Positions 1 through 11,505 of a DNA stretch of 64,000 nt are shown one piece after another (within the stretch, counting starts at the first letter, position 1; each line of letters opens with the position of its first letter). The stretch covers positions 1,938 to 65,937 of the forward strand of contig JANXEE010000019.1 of NCBI GenBank assembly GCA_025058225.1, read 5' to 3'. Both the position numbers and the translations under genes were made by a program. Under the pieces are notes generated by a model, which worked only from the letters and a program-made list of their open reading frames with translations, was not told the origin of the DNA and ran no database searches. Source of the DNA: Candidatus Calditenuaceae archaeon (lineage in GTDB: Archaea > Thermoproteota > Nitrososphaeria_A > Caldarchaeales > Calditenuaceae).

Positions 1-1
1 G

Positions 2-958
2 ATAGGCAAAGGTGAAGTTCTGATCAGGACTGTTGCTTGCGGTCTCTGCGGTACCGACGTCGAGCGTATCAGGGGCGGATACGTTGCTGGCAGATCGGTG
101 ATCGGCCACGAGGTGGCTGGGATAGTTGAGGAGGTGGGCGAGGAGGTGAGGTGGCTGAGGCGTGGGGACAGAGTCGTTCCGCACCATCACACCAACTGCG
201 GCGAATGTTACTACTGTGTGAACGGAAGCCCTACCATGTGCCCCGATTACAGGAGGTACCACTTCGATCCCGGCGGTTTCGCGGAGTACTTCAGAGTTCC
301 GGAATTCATCGTTAAGCGAGGTGCGATCTACAAGGTCTCAGACAGCCTTTCTCTCGAAGAGGCTTCTCTGACGGAACCGCTCGCGTGCTGCTTGAGAGCC
401 CTCAGGAGGTCCGGCCTGAGAGAGGGATGGACGGTCGCGGTGTTCGGGATAGGTCCGATGGGAGCGTTGTTCCTCGAACTCCTCAAGTCCCTCGACAACG
501 AGACGGTCGCGGTAGACGTTAAACCTCCTAGGCTAAAGTTCGCGGAATCGATAGGCGTGAGGACCGTCGACGCGTCTAGGGGCAACGTACCGGAGGATGT
601 GAGGTCGCTGTCTGGAGGGAGAGGTGCGGACCTCTCGATCGTCGCCACGGGTAATTCGGTAGCGATCCTCTCCGCCATTAAGTCGACGAGGAACGGAGGC
701 ACCGTCTGCCTCTTCGGTCTTCCCCCCAAAGGCACGAAGGTCGATCAGGACTTCAGCGAACTCCTGGTTAGGGAGGTCAGCTTGGTCTCGTCGAACGCCG
801 CCAGCGAGGACGACATGGTTGAGGCCCTGAGGCTGCTGGAGGAGCGGAGGGTTGACGCGTCGAAGGTGATAACCCATAGGTTCCCTCTGGAGAGGTTCGA
901 AGAGGCACTCGAGATCTTCGAGTCCGGAGAGGGGATGAAGGTGCTGATAACGCCCTGA
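2..958 (+). CDS. Zn-dependent alcohol/threonine dehydrogenase family (MDR), 5' end cut by window edge
   Basis: Frame is open from nt 2 (IGKGEVLIRTVACGLCGTD). It has the GHE catalytic motif, the structural-Zn cluster CGECYYC and a GIGPMG Rossmann motif. The listed ORF 98..958 is only the part after the first Met. Confidence 0.85.
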   Translation: MGKGEVLIRTVACGLCGTDVERIRGGYVAGRSVIGHEVAGIVEEVGEEVRWLRRGDRVVPHHHTNCGECYYCVNGSPTMCPDYRRYHFDPGGFAEYFRVPEFIVKRGAIYKVSDSLSLEEASLTEPLACCLRALRRSGLREGWTVAVFGIGPMGALFLELLKSLDNETVAVDVKPPRLKFAESIGVRTVDASRGNVPEDVRSLSGGRGADLSIVATGNSVAILSAIKSTRNGGTVCLFGLPPKGTKVDQDFSELLVREVSLVSSNAASEDDMVEALRLLEERRVDASKVITHRFPLERFEEALEIFESGEGMKVLITP

Positions 959-959
959 G

Positions 960-1691
960 CTACCCCGCGTGTAGGGCCTCCTTGACGAGCTTGTTGATCT
1001 CCTCCACGGGAACAGGCGTGTACGTCTTGACATCCGACGGTATCACGATAACCCTGGCCATCCAGTTCTCGTCGATCTTGTCGACCGATTTGACCAGCGC
1101 AGTCACCGCGAGGGCCTTCACCCTCTCGAGTGACATGTTAGCGTCGTAGGAGGCCTCCAGTATCTCCCTGACCCTGTCAGCGCCCCTTCCGATGCTCCAA
1201 GCCTTATACTCCATGACGACCCCGCTCGGTTCGGTGTAGAAGAGCCTGGCACCGTCGACCGATACACCGCCTATCAAGAGCGCGACACCAAAGGGTCTGA
1301 CACCTCCGTGCTGAGTGTACAGCTGCATGAGGTCGCCGACCCTCTTCGCTATTCCCTCCACAGACGGAGGCTCATCGTAGGTGAGCCTGTAGCTCTGGGC
1401 ATAGATCCGGGCGCTGTCAATCAGCACTCTGGCGTCGGAGATGAGTCCAGAGGCCGCAGCACCTATGTGGACGTCTACCTGAAAGAGCTTCTGGGAATAG
1501 GTCGGAGACTGGAGTTTGCTGTGGGCCCTCTCCTCCACCGCCAGCACAACGCCCTCATCAACCCTGATGCCGACAGAGCTCGACCCGGACTTGACAGTCT
1601 CCAGCGCGTACTCGACCTGGTAGAGCCTCCCCTGCGGCGAGAAGACCGTGATCGCTCGGTCGTACGCACCGGCCATACCTAGAGCTGCCAT
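960..1691 (-). CDS. psmA: proteasome subunit alpha
   Basis: 243 aa. The N-terminus YDRAITVFSPQGRLYQVEYALE is the classic alpha-subunit signature. Confidence 0.95.
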   Translation of the reverse strand: MAALGMAGAYDRAITVFSPQGRLYQVEYALETVKSGSSSVGIRVDEGVVLAVEERAHSKLQSPTYSQKLFQVDVHIGAAASGLISDARVLIDSARIYAQSYRLTYDEPPSVEGIAKRVGDLMQLYTQHGGVRPFGVALLIGGVSVDGARLFYTEPSGVVMEYKAWSIGRGADRVREILEASYDANMSLERVKALAVTALVKSVDKIDENWMARVIVIPSDVKTYTPVPVEEINKLVKEALHAG

Positions 1692-1784
1692 CTCCTCCGT
1701 TCACAATACCAGCTCCTATAATAATTGTTGCCCTTAGTTCGAAGTCTGCCCCAGAGCGTTCGATTCGCCTGCCCCGCTGCGTGA

Positions 1785-2804
<1,020 letters not shown>

Positions 2805-2806
2805 GG

Positions 2807-3010
2807 TCAGGTGAGAACCGCGTTTACCTTGCCGACCACCTTCGCCTTCCCGCCCCTCGGTAAGGCCAGCACCTCCTTACAGACCGTGCACCTGACGACC
2901 GATTTGGCGCTGTCGAAGACGACCTGCCTGTTCCCGCAGCCGATGCAGGTGACCATCAGGAACCTCGAGCGGGGCTGGGGGATCAACTTCTCCAGGTCCA
3001 CTTTCACCAA
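2807..3010 (-). CDS. rps27e: 30S ribosomal protein S27e
   Basis: 67 aa with the C4 zinc ribbon CIGCG...CTVC. It lies directly downstream of L44e, a conserved archaeal pair. Confidence 0.9.
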   Translation of the reverse strand: MVKVDLEKLIPQPRSRFLMVTCIGCGNRQVVFDSAKSVVRCTVCKEVLALPRGGKAKVVGKVNAVLT

Positions 3011-3016
3011 CTGAAA

Positions 3017-3295
3017 TCACCTCACGATCTCCAGCTTCCTGAGCCTTACGCCAGCGCGCAGCAGCTTCCTGCCGCACTTGTTGCAGGTCAACAACATCGT
3101 CTTCTTGTCGGTCGTCTTGGCCTTGTTCCTCTGAATGGGGTACTTCTGACCCCCGTAACCGCGCAACTCCCTCTGATGGCGCCTCGCGCCTATCGCGAGG
3201 GACCTCTCCTTGCCCTTCTTGTAGAGGGAAACTTTGTGCTCCGTGTGGGCGTTGCACTTCGGGCAGTGGACGTTCACCACTTCCGGAACCTTCAT
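3017..3295 (-). CDS. rpl44e: 50S ribosomal protein L44e
   Basis: MKVPEVVNVHCPKCNAHTEH...CNKCGRK zinc-ribbon pattern. I prefer the internal ATG at 3295 (92 aa) over the ORF-track start at 3343. Confidence 0.85.
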   Translation of the reverse strand: MKVPEVVNVHCPKCNAHTEHKVSLYKKGKERSLAIGARRHQRELRGYGGQKYPIQRNKAKTTDKKTMLLTCNKCGRKLLRAGVRLRKLEIVR

Positions 3296-3398
3296 TGGAC
3301 GTAGAGGGCCGCGTTCACTTTTAAGTTTGACCGTCCGGGGCACCTTCCCGACGCTTGGGCATCTCTTAATTACTGGGGACTGAAGAACAGTAACAGGA

Positions 3399-5603
3399 AT
3401 GTCCCACAGGCGTGGTGCTCAATTGCGCGTCTCCGAGGCGCGGCAGAGGGACATCGGCATGAGGATCGCGAGGATAGACAACTCGGTGCTGAAGGAACTT
3501 AACCTCTCACCCGGCGAGCTGATAGAGATAACCGGAAAGAAGACCACGGTGGCGAGGTGCTGGCCTGCCTACAGGGAGGACGAGGGGCAGAGACTGATCA
3601 GGATCGACAGCGAGATACGGAGGAACGCCGGCGTCAACGTGGGGGATTACGTCACCGTCACGAAGGCCGACTCGGTCAAGGGAACTAAGGTCGTGCTGGC
3701 TCCTTACGAGCAGCTGCCCTTCATCGGCGACATATCAAGGGTCGTCAAGCAACAGCTCATGAACCTCCCGGTCGCGAAGGGCGACACCGTCATCATCCCC
3801 ATTCTCGGAATGGGCCTGGAGCTGAAGGTGATTCACACGGCCCCGAAGAACCACGTCTTCGTCACGGAGGACACCCTCATCGAGGTCTCGACTTCGCCGG
3901 TTGCGAGGACGGAGGAGGTCGGTGGGATCACCTACGAGGACATCGGTGGACTCGCGAACGAGCTGCAGAGGATCAGGGAGATGGTGGAGCTACCCCTCAA
4001 ACACCCGGAGCTCTTCAGGCACCTCGGCATCGAGCCTCCTAAGGGCGTTATTCTATACGGACCTCCGGGGACCGGGAAGACGTTGATCGCGAAGGCCTTG
4101 GCTAACGAGACCGGCGCGCGCTTCCTGAGCATCAACGGCCCCGAGATAATGAGCAAGTTCTACGGTGAGAGCGAGGCCAGGCTCAGGGAGATATTCGCGG
4201 AGGCGGAGAAGAGCGCGCCCAGCATCATCTTCATCGACGAACTGGACGCGATCGCACCGAAGAGGGGTGAGGTGACAGGCGAAGTCGAGAGACGGGTCGT
4301 CTCTCAGCTCCTGACGCTGATGGACGGCCTCAAGTCCCGTGGTCAGGTGGTGGTGATCGGCGCCACGAACAGAATAGACGCGGTCGACCCAGCCCTCAGG
4401 AGGCCAGGAAGGTTCGACCGAGAGATAAGGATCGGCGTCCCCGACAGGAACGGCAGAAAGGAGATCATTCAGATACACACGCGGCGTATGCCTTTGGCAG
4501 AGGACGTCAACATCGACGAGCTCGCGGACGTGACGCACGGCTTCACCGGCGCTGACATATCCGCCCTCTGCAGGGAGGCTGCGATGTACGCTCTGAGGAG
4601 GTTCCTCCCGAAGATTGACCTCGAGAAGGAGGTGATACCGGCAGAGGTGTTGGAACAGCTCAAGGTCACTAGGGACGACTTCCTACAGGCCCTCAAGGTC
4701 GTCCAGCCGTCTGCTCTGAGGGAAGTGGTGCTGGAGATACCGAACGTGACCTGGGACATGGTCGGAGACATGGAGGAGGTGAAGCAGGAGCTGAAGGAGG
4801 CCGTCGAGTGGCCGCTCAAGTTCCCGGAGCTCTTCAAGAGACTCGGCATAAGGCCCACCAAGGGAATACTCCTTTACGGTCCGCCCGGCACGGGTAAGAC
4901 GCTCGTTGCTAAGGCCGTCGCGACCGAGTCCGAGGCGAACTTCATCAGCGTCAAGGGCCCTGAGGTGCTGTCCAAATGGGTCGGCGAGTCCGAGAAGGCG
5001 ATCAGGGAGATCTTCAGGAAGGCGAGGGAGACGGCCCCGTGCATCATCTTCTTCGACGAGCTCGACTCGATCGCGACGAGGAGGGGCACGCACACGGACG
5101 CTGGCGTCACAGACCGCATCGTGAACCAAATGCTCACCGAGATGGACGGAATACAATCTCTGACCGGAGTGGTGGTGATAGGCGCGACCAACAGACCGGA
5201 CCTGCTCGACCCGGCCCTGCTGAGACCCGGTAGGTTCGACCGCGTGATCAGGGTTCCGATACCCGATTACAAGGCGAGGCTCGAGATACTCAGGGTACAC
5301 ACTAGAGAGATGCCGCTCGATGAGGACGTCAATCTCGAGAGGCTCGCCAGGCTGACGGAGGGTTACACCGGTGCGGACATAGAGGCGCTGTGTAGAGAGG
5401 CAGCCCTGAGCGCAGCCAGGGATCACTCGTCACTCATCGCTGCCTCGAAGCAGAGCAAGGAAGAGCTTAAGAAGTTAAGGGTTTCGTGGAGGAACTTCGA
5501 GAGGGCTTTCGAGAAGGTCAAGCCCAGCATCAGCGAGGAGCTGAGAAGCGCCTACGAGAGGATCGAGGAGCGGATGAAGACGCAGATCGCTTACATCTCG
5601 TGA
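3399..5603 (+). CDS. cdc48: CDC48/VCP-type AAA+ ATPase
   Basis: 734 aa. It has a double-psi-barrel N-domain (LRVSEA..IARID) followed by two Walker A GPPGTGKT / Walker B DELD modules. Confidence 0.95.
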   Translation: MSHRRGAQLRVSEARQRDIGMRIARIDNSVLKELNLSPGELIEITGKKTTVARCWPAYREDEGQRLIRIDSEIRRNAGVNVGDYVTVTKADSVKGTKVVLAPYEQLPFIGDISRVVKQQLMNLPVAKGDTVIIPILGMGLELKVIHTAPKNHVFVTEDTLIEVSTSPVARTEEVGGITYEDIGGLANELQRIREMVELPLKHPELFRHLGIEPPKGVILYGPPGTGKTLIAKALANETGARFLSINGPEIMSKFYGESEARLREIFAEAEKSAPSIIFIDELDAIAPKRGEVTGEVERRVVSQLLTLMDGLKSRGQVVVIGATNRIDAVDPALRRPGRFDREIRIGVPDRNGRKEIIQIHTRRMPLAEDVNIDELADVTHGFTGADISALCREAAMYALRRFLPKIDLEKEVIPAEVLEQLKVTRDDFLQALKVVQPSALREVVLEIPNVTWDMVGDMEEVKQELKEAVEWPLKFPELFKRLGIRPTKGILLYGPPGTGKTLVAKAVATESEANFISVKGPEVLSKWVGESEKAIREIFRKARETAPCIIFFDELDSIATRRGTHTDAGVTDRIVNQMLTEMDGIQSLTGVVVIGATNRPDLLDPALLRPGRFDRVIRVPIPDYKARLEILRVHTREMPLDEDVNLERLARLTEGYTGADIEALCREAALSAARDHSSLIAASKQSKEELKKLRVSWRNFERAFEKVKPSISEELRSAYERIEERMKTQIAYIS

Positions 5604-5670
5604 ACGGTTCCCGGCCCAGCCCTGCAGCCGAGTCCAACGTTAATATCCCCCGTGTCCGATAAGGCTTGGA

Positions 5671-7167
5671 ATGAGCGCCTCGATACCGTTGCAAAGGGTA
5701 GCGCAGAACGTCTGGTTGATACCGAAGACGTTCAGGCAGGACATGAGAGTACCGGTCTACGTCTTCGCGTCGGAGAAGTTGCTGGAGAAGATGAGGACCG
5801 ACCGTACGCTGCTTCAGGGCGTCAACGTCGCGACCCTCCAAGGTGTCCGGAAACACGTGGCGGTTCTCCCGGACGCGCACGAGGGCTACGGTTTCCCGAT
5901 AGGAGGGGTAGCTGCGATGGATGCGACCGAGGGCGTCATCTCTCCAGGGGGGGTCGGCTACGACATCAACTGTGGCGTGAGGCTGATGGTCACCAACCTG
6001 ACCGAGAAGGAGGTGAGGCCCAAGGTAATCGAGCTGGTGAACTCAGTCTTCAGACACGTTCCAGCGGGATTGGGGTCGAGGAGGAAGGACTTCGTCGTCT
6101 CCAAGTCGGACCTCGACAGGGTCGCGATGGAGGGCGCCAGGTACGTCATAGAGAGGTACGGCCTCGGATGGCACGAGGACTTCAAGCACATCGAGGAGGA
6201 GGGGAGATATCCCAGGTACAAGACCGGCGACATTCCGGACCCCGACCCGAGCGTCGTCTCCAACGAAGCCAAGCAGCGCGGCCTCGATCAGATAGGAACT
6301 CTCGGCAGCGGGAACCACTTCCTAGAGATCCAGAAGGTCGAGAGGATATACGACCCGGTCGCGGCGAAGCGGATGGGCATCACCGAAGAGGGCCAGATAA
6401 CTGTGCTGATTCACTGTGGCAGCAGGGGCTACGGTCACCAGATCTGCAGCGACTACCTCAGGGTGATGGAGAGGGCCGTGATGAAGTACAACATCAGGCT
6501 GCCTGACAGGGAGCTCGCCTGCACCCCCACCACCAGCCCCGAGGCCACGATGTACCTGAAGGCCTTCGGATGTGCGGTCAACTTCGCGTTCGCCAACAGA
6601 CAAGCGATAAGTCACTGGGTCAGGCAGAGCTTCGAGCAGGTCTTCAAGAGGCCGGCCGAGGAGTTGGGCATGAAGATCGTTTACGACGTCTGCCACAACA
6701 TCGTCAAGCTGGAGAAGCACAAGATCGACGGCGAGATGAGGGACGTCTTCGTTCACAGGAAGGGTGCCACTCGAAGCTTCCCCGGGAACGAGCCCCCGTA
6801 CACCGACTTGATCCCCCAGAGCTACAGGGACATCGGACAGCCGGTCTTCGTGCCCGGGAGCATGGGCACATCGAGCTGGGTCCTGTTGGGGCAGCGGGGG
6901 TCGCTCGAGCTGTCGTTCGGCAGCAGCGTCCACGGAGCTGGAAGGCAGATGAGCAGGGCCGGTGCCAAGAGGGCATACAGGGGAGATCAGGTCGTCAGGG
7001 CGTTGGAGAGCAGGGGCATCTACGTCAAAGGGGACACGATGGACACGATCGTGGAGGAGGTCCCGGAGGCCTACAAGAACCCAGACGACGTCGTAGAGGT
7101 CGCCCACAACGTGGGAATGAGTTCGAAGGTGGCACGGCTCGTGCCGATTGGAGTCGTGAAGGGATGA
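5671..7167 (+). CDS. rtcB: RNA-splicing ligase RtcB
   Basis: 498 aa. Recognisable by PDAHEGYGFPIGGV, GYDINCGVR and the GSGNHFLE motif. Confidence 0.95.
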   Translation: MSASIPLQRVAQNVWLIPKTFRQDMRVPVYVFASEKLLEKMRTDRTLLQGVNVATLQGVRKHVAVLPDAHEGYGFPIGGVAAMDATEGVISPGGVGYDINCGVRLMVTNLTEKEVRPKVIELVNSVFRHVPAGLGSRRKDFVVSKSDLDRVAMEGARYVIERYGLGWHEDFKHIEEEGRYPRYKTGDIPDPDPSVVSNEAKQRGLDQIGTLGSGNHFLEIQKVERIYDPVAAKRMGITEEGQITVLIHCGSRGYGHQICSDYLRVMERAVMKYNIRLPDRELACTPTTSPEATMYLKAFGCAVNFAFANRQAISHWVRQSFEQVFKRPAEELGMKIVYDVCHNIVKLEKHKIDGEMRDVFVHRKGATRSFPGNEPPYTDLIPQSYRDIGQPVFVPGSMGTSSWVLLGQRGSLELSFGSSVHGAGRQMSRAGAKRAYRGDQVVRALESRGIYVKGDTMDTIVEEVPEAYKNPDDVVEVAHNVGMSSKVARLVPIGVVKG

Positions 7168-7168
7168 G

Positions 7169-7903
7169 TTGACTTATCCGGCGAGGAGGAAGCTGATCGT
7201 AGCCTCCGCGGTAGGCTCAATAGCCTTGGCCGCTGGCACCCTCTCAGTCACCTCGATAAACTACGAGCTCGTGGTCACGAGGCTTGACCTCGGTTTAGGG
7301 AGGAGGATCGCCTTTTTGCCGGACGTTCACTATCACCGCCCCGGAGAGGCACACGTCGAGAGGGCGCTGAGGGAGCTGCAGAGTTTGAAGCCCGACGCGG
7401 TTGTGATCGGTGGAGACTTGGTTGACGAGGAGACTCGCGACATCGACGGACTTCACGACGTGCTCTCCAGGATCGACTCGAGGGAGAAGCTCGCGGTGCT
7501 CGGGAACCACGAGTATTGGAGTGGTAAGGTGGAGAACGCGGTTGGGGCCCTCATGAGACACGGGTTCAGGGTCATCTCGAACGGCTACGCCGAAACGTCG
7601 TTCGGAAGGGTCTTCGGTTACGACTGGCAAGAGGACAGGAAGTACCCGAGGATCTCGTTCGACGGGCTCGTCTTCGCACACGACCCCAACGCCGCCGACA
7701 GCGTAGTCGGTAGGGCGCTGGTGATAGCTGGACACACTCACGGAGGGCTGACGATCGGAGGAATCACCGTGATCAGCAACTCGAAGTACAACAGGGGCCT
7801 CTACGATCTCGGAGGACCTAAGCTCTACGTCTCCAGGGGCATCGGGCAGATGTTACACCAGATCAGAATCAACTCGAGCCCTGAGCTGTTAATCATTGAA
7901 TAG
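7169..7903 (+). CDS. calcineurin-like metallophosphoesterase with N-terminal TM segment
   Basis: Motifs DVHY, GGDLVD, GNHE and GHTHGG are present in the canonical order. Confidence 0.8.
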   Translation: MTYPARRKLIVASAVGSIALAAGTLSVTSINYELVVTRLDLGLGRRIAFLPDVHYHRPGEAHVERALRELQSLKPDAVVIGGDLVDEETRDIDGLHDVLSRIDSREKLAVLGNHEYWSGKVENAVGALMRHGFRVISNGYAETSFGRVFGYDWQEDRKYPRISFDGLVFAHDPNAADSVVGRALVIAGHTHGGLTIGGITVISNSKYNRGLYDLGGPKLYVSRGIGQMLHQIRINSSPELLIIE

Positions 7904-7924
7904 CCGTCGCGTCACGGATGGGTC

Positions 7925-8377
7925 GTGATGCGCCGGAGACTTCTCTCGCTCCCGCCCCGCGTCAAGGTCTTGGAGGCGTTGGGCGCAGTCGCCGGTGACC
8001 GAGTCTCTGACGTCACGGACAGAGGATGTAGAGTTGCCGCCTCTGAGGGTGACAGGGTCTATACAGTTCAAGTGGACCTAGGATCCGGAGAGGCCTTCTC
8101 CGACGACAACGGCACCGTCTTCAGGAACTACGTCGGCTACCCCATAATAGCATATCTTATGGTGAGAGGAGCACTGCCATACGACGCTAAGCTCGGAGAG
8201 CCGTTGAAAGAGATCAGGTGGCGGACCCTCAACGAGCGGTTGAAGAGCTACAGGTTGGTGGAGAGGGAGGTCGCCGAAGTGTTCAGGAGAAAGGGGATCG
8301 ATTGGTCTGAGGTCGAGACCTTCGTCGAAGAGGCGATGAGGAGGTTAGGAGGTCTTCAGCTCTGGAAGCGGTCCTGA
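7925..8377 (+). CDS. hypothetical protein (possible Cys-less SWIM-like core)
   Basis: 150-aa ORF that fills the gap convergent to the helicase. The stretch VYTVQVDLGSGEAFSDDNGTVFRNYVGYPIIAYLM has SWIM-like spacing but no Cys or His ligands. Confidence 0.5.
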   Translation: MMRRRLLSLPPRVKVLEALGAVAGDRVSDVTDRGCRVAASEGDRVYTVQVDLGSGEAFSDDNGTVFRNYVGYPIIAYLMVRGALPYDAKLGEPLKEIRWRTLNERLKSYRLVEREVAEVFRRKGIDWSEVETFVEEAMRRLGGLQLWKRS

Positions 8378-8379
8378 GC

Positions 8380-11300
8380 TCACCCGTGTCCGTCCTGCGG
8401 GCGCGCTAGGAGGCTTAAGAGGTAAAGCGAGGTCAACTCTTGTTTCGCTAGCCGCTCCAGCGTAGGGCTCACGACGCTCGTCGCTCTCTCCCTCCATCCC
8501 CTCCGGGAGACCCGGACCCTGATACCTCTCAACAGGACGTCTATCGGCGTGACGGCCAGCTCATCGGACTTCGCCCCGAAGGACTCCACGATGTCCCTGA
8601 GGGTGTGCTCGGGCCCGAAGAGCCTCGAGGCGTACGGCAAGAGGTCGATCAGTAGGTCATCGCCCTGGAGACCCGCGAGCTTCACCTTCAGCGATTTCAT
8701 CCTGAGCTTGGTGAGGATCGAGTTCAGGGACTCGACGTCGTAGGTGTAGATAATGAACTCCTGGTCGATCAGCTTCGAGAGGTAGGCGGATGACTCGTGG
8801 TAGGCCTCGTCGGGCCCCTCGCGCGTGAAGACGCCGACCGGGACCCTCAGCGACTCGCCGTCGAAGACCGCGACCGCGTAGAGCTCGTACTGCTGGTCGG
8901 AGGGACCCGTTACCACCGAATGCTCCCCGAACGGCAGGGTGTAGACCATCAGCGCGGCCCTCTTCAGGGCCCTCGACGGCCTGGGGAGGACCAGCTCCTT
9001 GCCCCTGAACTCGACCCTGATCCTCTCCCGGGCGATGAACCGGTCGACTATCGAGAGCGCGTAGTGCCTTGCCACCTCCCAGTCCATACCCTTCGCGACC
9101 AGCGCCGAGTAGCCGAGCTCGTTCAAGCCCTCGAGAAGGGCCTCGTCCAGCTCATCGGGGTTGTAGGTCTCGATCACCTCCCTGAGCCTGACCCAGTCCA
9201 TCCTCTCCAGTAGCCCCGCCGAGTCGGGCTCGTGGACCGTGAGGAACTTCCTCTCGCCCATCACGACGACGTCGTACGCTATCGTCCAGAACGGTATCGA
9301 GAGGGCCCTCCGCATGACCAGCTCGATGAAGGCCGCCCCGAGCCTCGCGAGGTCCGGCTCTGTCCTCGGGTCCAGCTCGACCGTCGTTCCGTAGGAGAAG
9401 TCGGTGTAAACGCCGTCCGTGATCGCGGGCACCGCCATCCTCTTCGCCTCCCTCACGACGACCGTCTCCCCGTCCCCCACCACGACCACCCTCGGCCTTC
9501 TGCTCATGACAGTCCAGACAGTCCTGTTGGGGATCTTCACGTACCGCTCGAAGCCGTCCGGCGGCCTCACGACGCAGATGACGTCGCTGTGGATCAACCC
9601 GGCCCTGTAGTCCCTCCTGATGTCAGGCGTGACGCCCCACCTCCTCGAGAGGGCGTAGTACTCCTCGAGGACGTACGCGAGCGGATCGTACCTCCTCAGC
9701 ACGTGCTCCGCGATGTCCTCCACTATCACCGAGGTCACGATCCTGCGCTTCGAGTCCGGCCTGGAGAACGCGGTCACGACGCCGTCGGAGGTGTAGTCGA
9801 TGCACCCGATCTGGAACTTCTCGACGAGGTCCGCGTGCGAGATCTCCTCGAGGTACCTCTCGGAGTCCCCGGACCTCCTAATCCTCTTGATGCCGTAGGG
9901 TGGAGCGAACTCGTAGAAGTTCAGGTTGAGAAGGGCCCTCTTGCCGCGGTCGTTGAGCTGGAGGCCGTCCCTAAGCCCGAGCTTGCCGAGCAGTTCCATC
10001 TCCTCAGGGGACGCGTTCTTGGCCCTGTTCGGGTTCGAGAGCCTGATCAGGCCCTTCACCAGCGTCACGTACTTGTTCTCCGGGTGGATGACCAGAATCT
10101 CCCTCGGGAGCTCGAGCCACTTCAGGAGCGCAGACGGCCCCCTTCTCAGGAGGTTGTAGTCCCAGCCCGAGGACGGAAAGATCACGGTCTCCGTCCGCTC
10201 GACCTCCTCCCTCCTCCCCTTCCTCCCCTCCTTCTGGAGGAACTCCCTGAGGCTCTCGGGGAGCCCGATGTGTACCGTCCTGACGATCTGCCCGATGTCT
10301 ATTCCCTGGGAGAGCGTCCTCGGTGAGACCAGAATCTTCACCTCGCCCCTCCTGGCCCTCTCCTCGACCCCGGCCCGATGCGACTTCTCGAGGAGGTGGT
10401 GGTGTGAGGCCACAGCGTCCCCCACCCTCTCCCTCAAGGCCCTAGCGATCTCCTCGGCCTTGGCGATGCTCTTGGTGAAGACCAGCGTGACCCCCTCGTC
10501 TTCCACGTACCTCTCCAGCACCTCGACCGGGTTGAGCCCCAGTTCCTCCGGGACATCGACGCCCGCCGCCCTCGCGACCTCGAGGACCCTGAAGAGCGAC
10601 GACCTGAACCTCTGGAAGTCCTCGAGGGCCTGAAGGACGTCGCGCCCCGCGCCTGCGGCCTCGATGCTAGGCTTAGCTGCTCTCAGCCTCTCCCAGAGCC
10701 TCATCAGGTCCTTCCCGAGGACGACGTAGGTGTGGTTGTCGGCGCTGAACGGGAGGCCGTCGATCACCTCCACGTCCTTCCCCGTGATCCGCTTCACGTA
10801 CTCGGCGAGCCCGGTCGGGTCCTTCAGCATCGCCGTCAGGACGACGAACCTCACCTTCGGCGAGACCTCCTCACGGAGGATCGACATCATCGCGAGCATT
10901 ATCGCGAGTCCCCTCGGGTTGTAGAAGTCGAGGTCGTCGATCACCAAGAGGTCCAGGTTCTCGAGGAAGCTCCTTGTGTAGGGCGGCCTATCGGTCCCGA
11001 TCCTCTTCAGCTCGTTGAGGAGGAAGGCAGGGTTCGTGATCACGACGTCGCTCCCCGAGATTTCTCCCCTAAGGGCCCTCGTCCCCGACGACTTCGCGTA
11101 CTCTTTGACCGTCGGCGAGTCGACGATCGTCGCCTTCATCCCCAGCGCCTCGCAGTAGCTCCTGAGCCTCCTGATCTGGTCGTTCGCGAGGGCCAAGGTC
11201 GGGTAGACGGCCATCGCCTTCAGCCTCTTCCTCGCGACGTAGACGAACCAGGCCTCGGTCTTCCCGGATCCGGTCCCCGACCTGAGGATGAGGTTCTTGT

Positions 11301-11463
11301 CGGAGTTGAGGGCGATTAGGGCCCTCATCTGGTGGACGTAGAGCTCCTTCTCCGCGATCTCGAGCCCCCTCTCCGCGAGCTCCGGCATCAGGTCCCCGAA
11401 CCTGACCTTGACCCTCTTCGGCCTTCGTGAGGGCTGAAGGGTCGTGTAGTAATCGATACCCAA
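8380..11463 (-). CDS. large SF2 (DEAD/DEAH-like) helicase with about 600-aa uncharacterised C-terminal region
   Basis: 1027 aa. Walker A is SGTGSGKTEAW, motif II is the variant VIDDLDFY, and a motif VI-like QKEGRKGRR is present. No recognisable domain follows about residue 430. Confidence 0.85.
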   Translation of the reverse strand: MGIDYYTTLQPSRRPKRVKVRFGDLMPELAERGLEIAEKELYVHQMRALIALNSDKNLILRSGTGSGKTEAWFVYVARKRLKAMAVYPTLALANDQIRRLRSYCEALGMKATIVDSPTVKEYAKSSGTRALRGEISGSDVVITNPAFLLNELKRIGTDRPPYTRSFLENLDLLVIDDLDFYNPRGLAIMLAMMSILREEVSPKVRFVVLTAMLKDPTGLAEYVKRITGKDVEVIDGLPFSADNHTYVVLGKDLMRLWERLRAAKPSIEAAGAGRDVLQALEDFQRFRSSLFRVLEVARAAGVDVPEELGLNPVEVLERYVEDEGVTLVFTKSIAKAEEIARALRERVGDAVASHHHLLEKSHRAGVEERARRGEVKILVSPRTLSQGIDIGQIVRTVHIGLPESLREFLQKEGRKGRREEVERTETVIFPSSGWDYNLLRRGPSALLKWLELPREILVIHPENKYVTLVKGLIRLSNPNRAKNASPEEMELLGKLGLRDGLQLNDRGKRALLNLNFYEFAPPYGIKRIRRSGDSERYLEEISHADLVEKFQIGCIDYTSDGVVTAFSRPDSKRRIVTSVIVEDIAEHVLRRYDPLAYVLEEYYALSRRWGVTPDIRRDYRAGLIHSDVICVVRPPDGFERYVKIPNRTVWTVMSRRPRVVVVGDGETVVVREAKRMAVPAITDGVYTDFSYGTTVELDPRTEPDLARLGAAFIELVMRRALSIPFWTIAYDVVVMGERKFLTVHEPDSAGLLERMDWVRLREVIETYNPDELDEALLEGLNELGYSALVAKGMDWEVARHYALSIVDRFIARERIRVEFRGKELVLPRPSRALKRAALMVYTLPFGEHSVVTGPSDQQYELYAVAVFDGESLRVPVGVFTREGPDEAYHESSAYLSKLIDQEFIIYTYDVESLNSILTKLRMKSLKVKLAGLQGDDLLIDLLPYASRLFGPEHTLRDIVESFGAKSDELAVTPIDVLLRGIRVRVSRRGWRERATSVVSPTLERLAKQELTSLYLLSLLARPQDGHG

Positions 11464-11505
11464 GGCCTCTAGGATCCTCGACGAGTCGAGCGCTCTCGTC
11501 TTGCG

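Noticed and set aside
3399-7167. Inteins in CDC48 or RtcB; carB at 34806-38051 was also considered.
   Set aside because: Protein lengths are canonical (734, 498 and 1081 aa). The conserved motifs are contiguous, with no inserted Cys/Ser...HN splice-junction blocks.
9232-10326. 364-aa + strand ORF inside the helicase locus. Similar long antisense or out-of-frame ORFs occur elsewhere, e.g. 4683-5426, 5652-6506, 6322-7107, 20504-21163, 43573-44595, 52270-53091 and 55443-56084.
   Set aside because: Their translations are Arg/Pro/Gly/Asp-rich and low in complexity. Each lies fully inside a strongly supported gene on the other strand or frame. They are classic shadow ORFs of GC-rich DNA.
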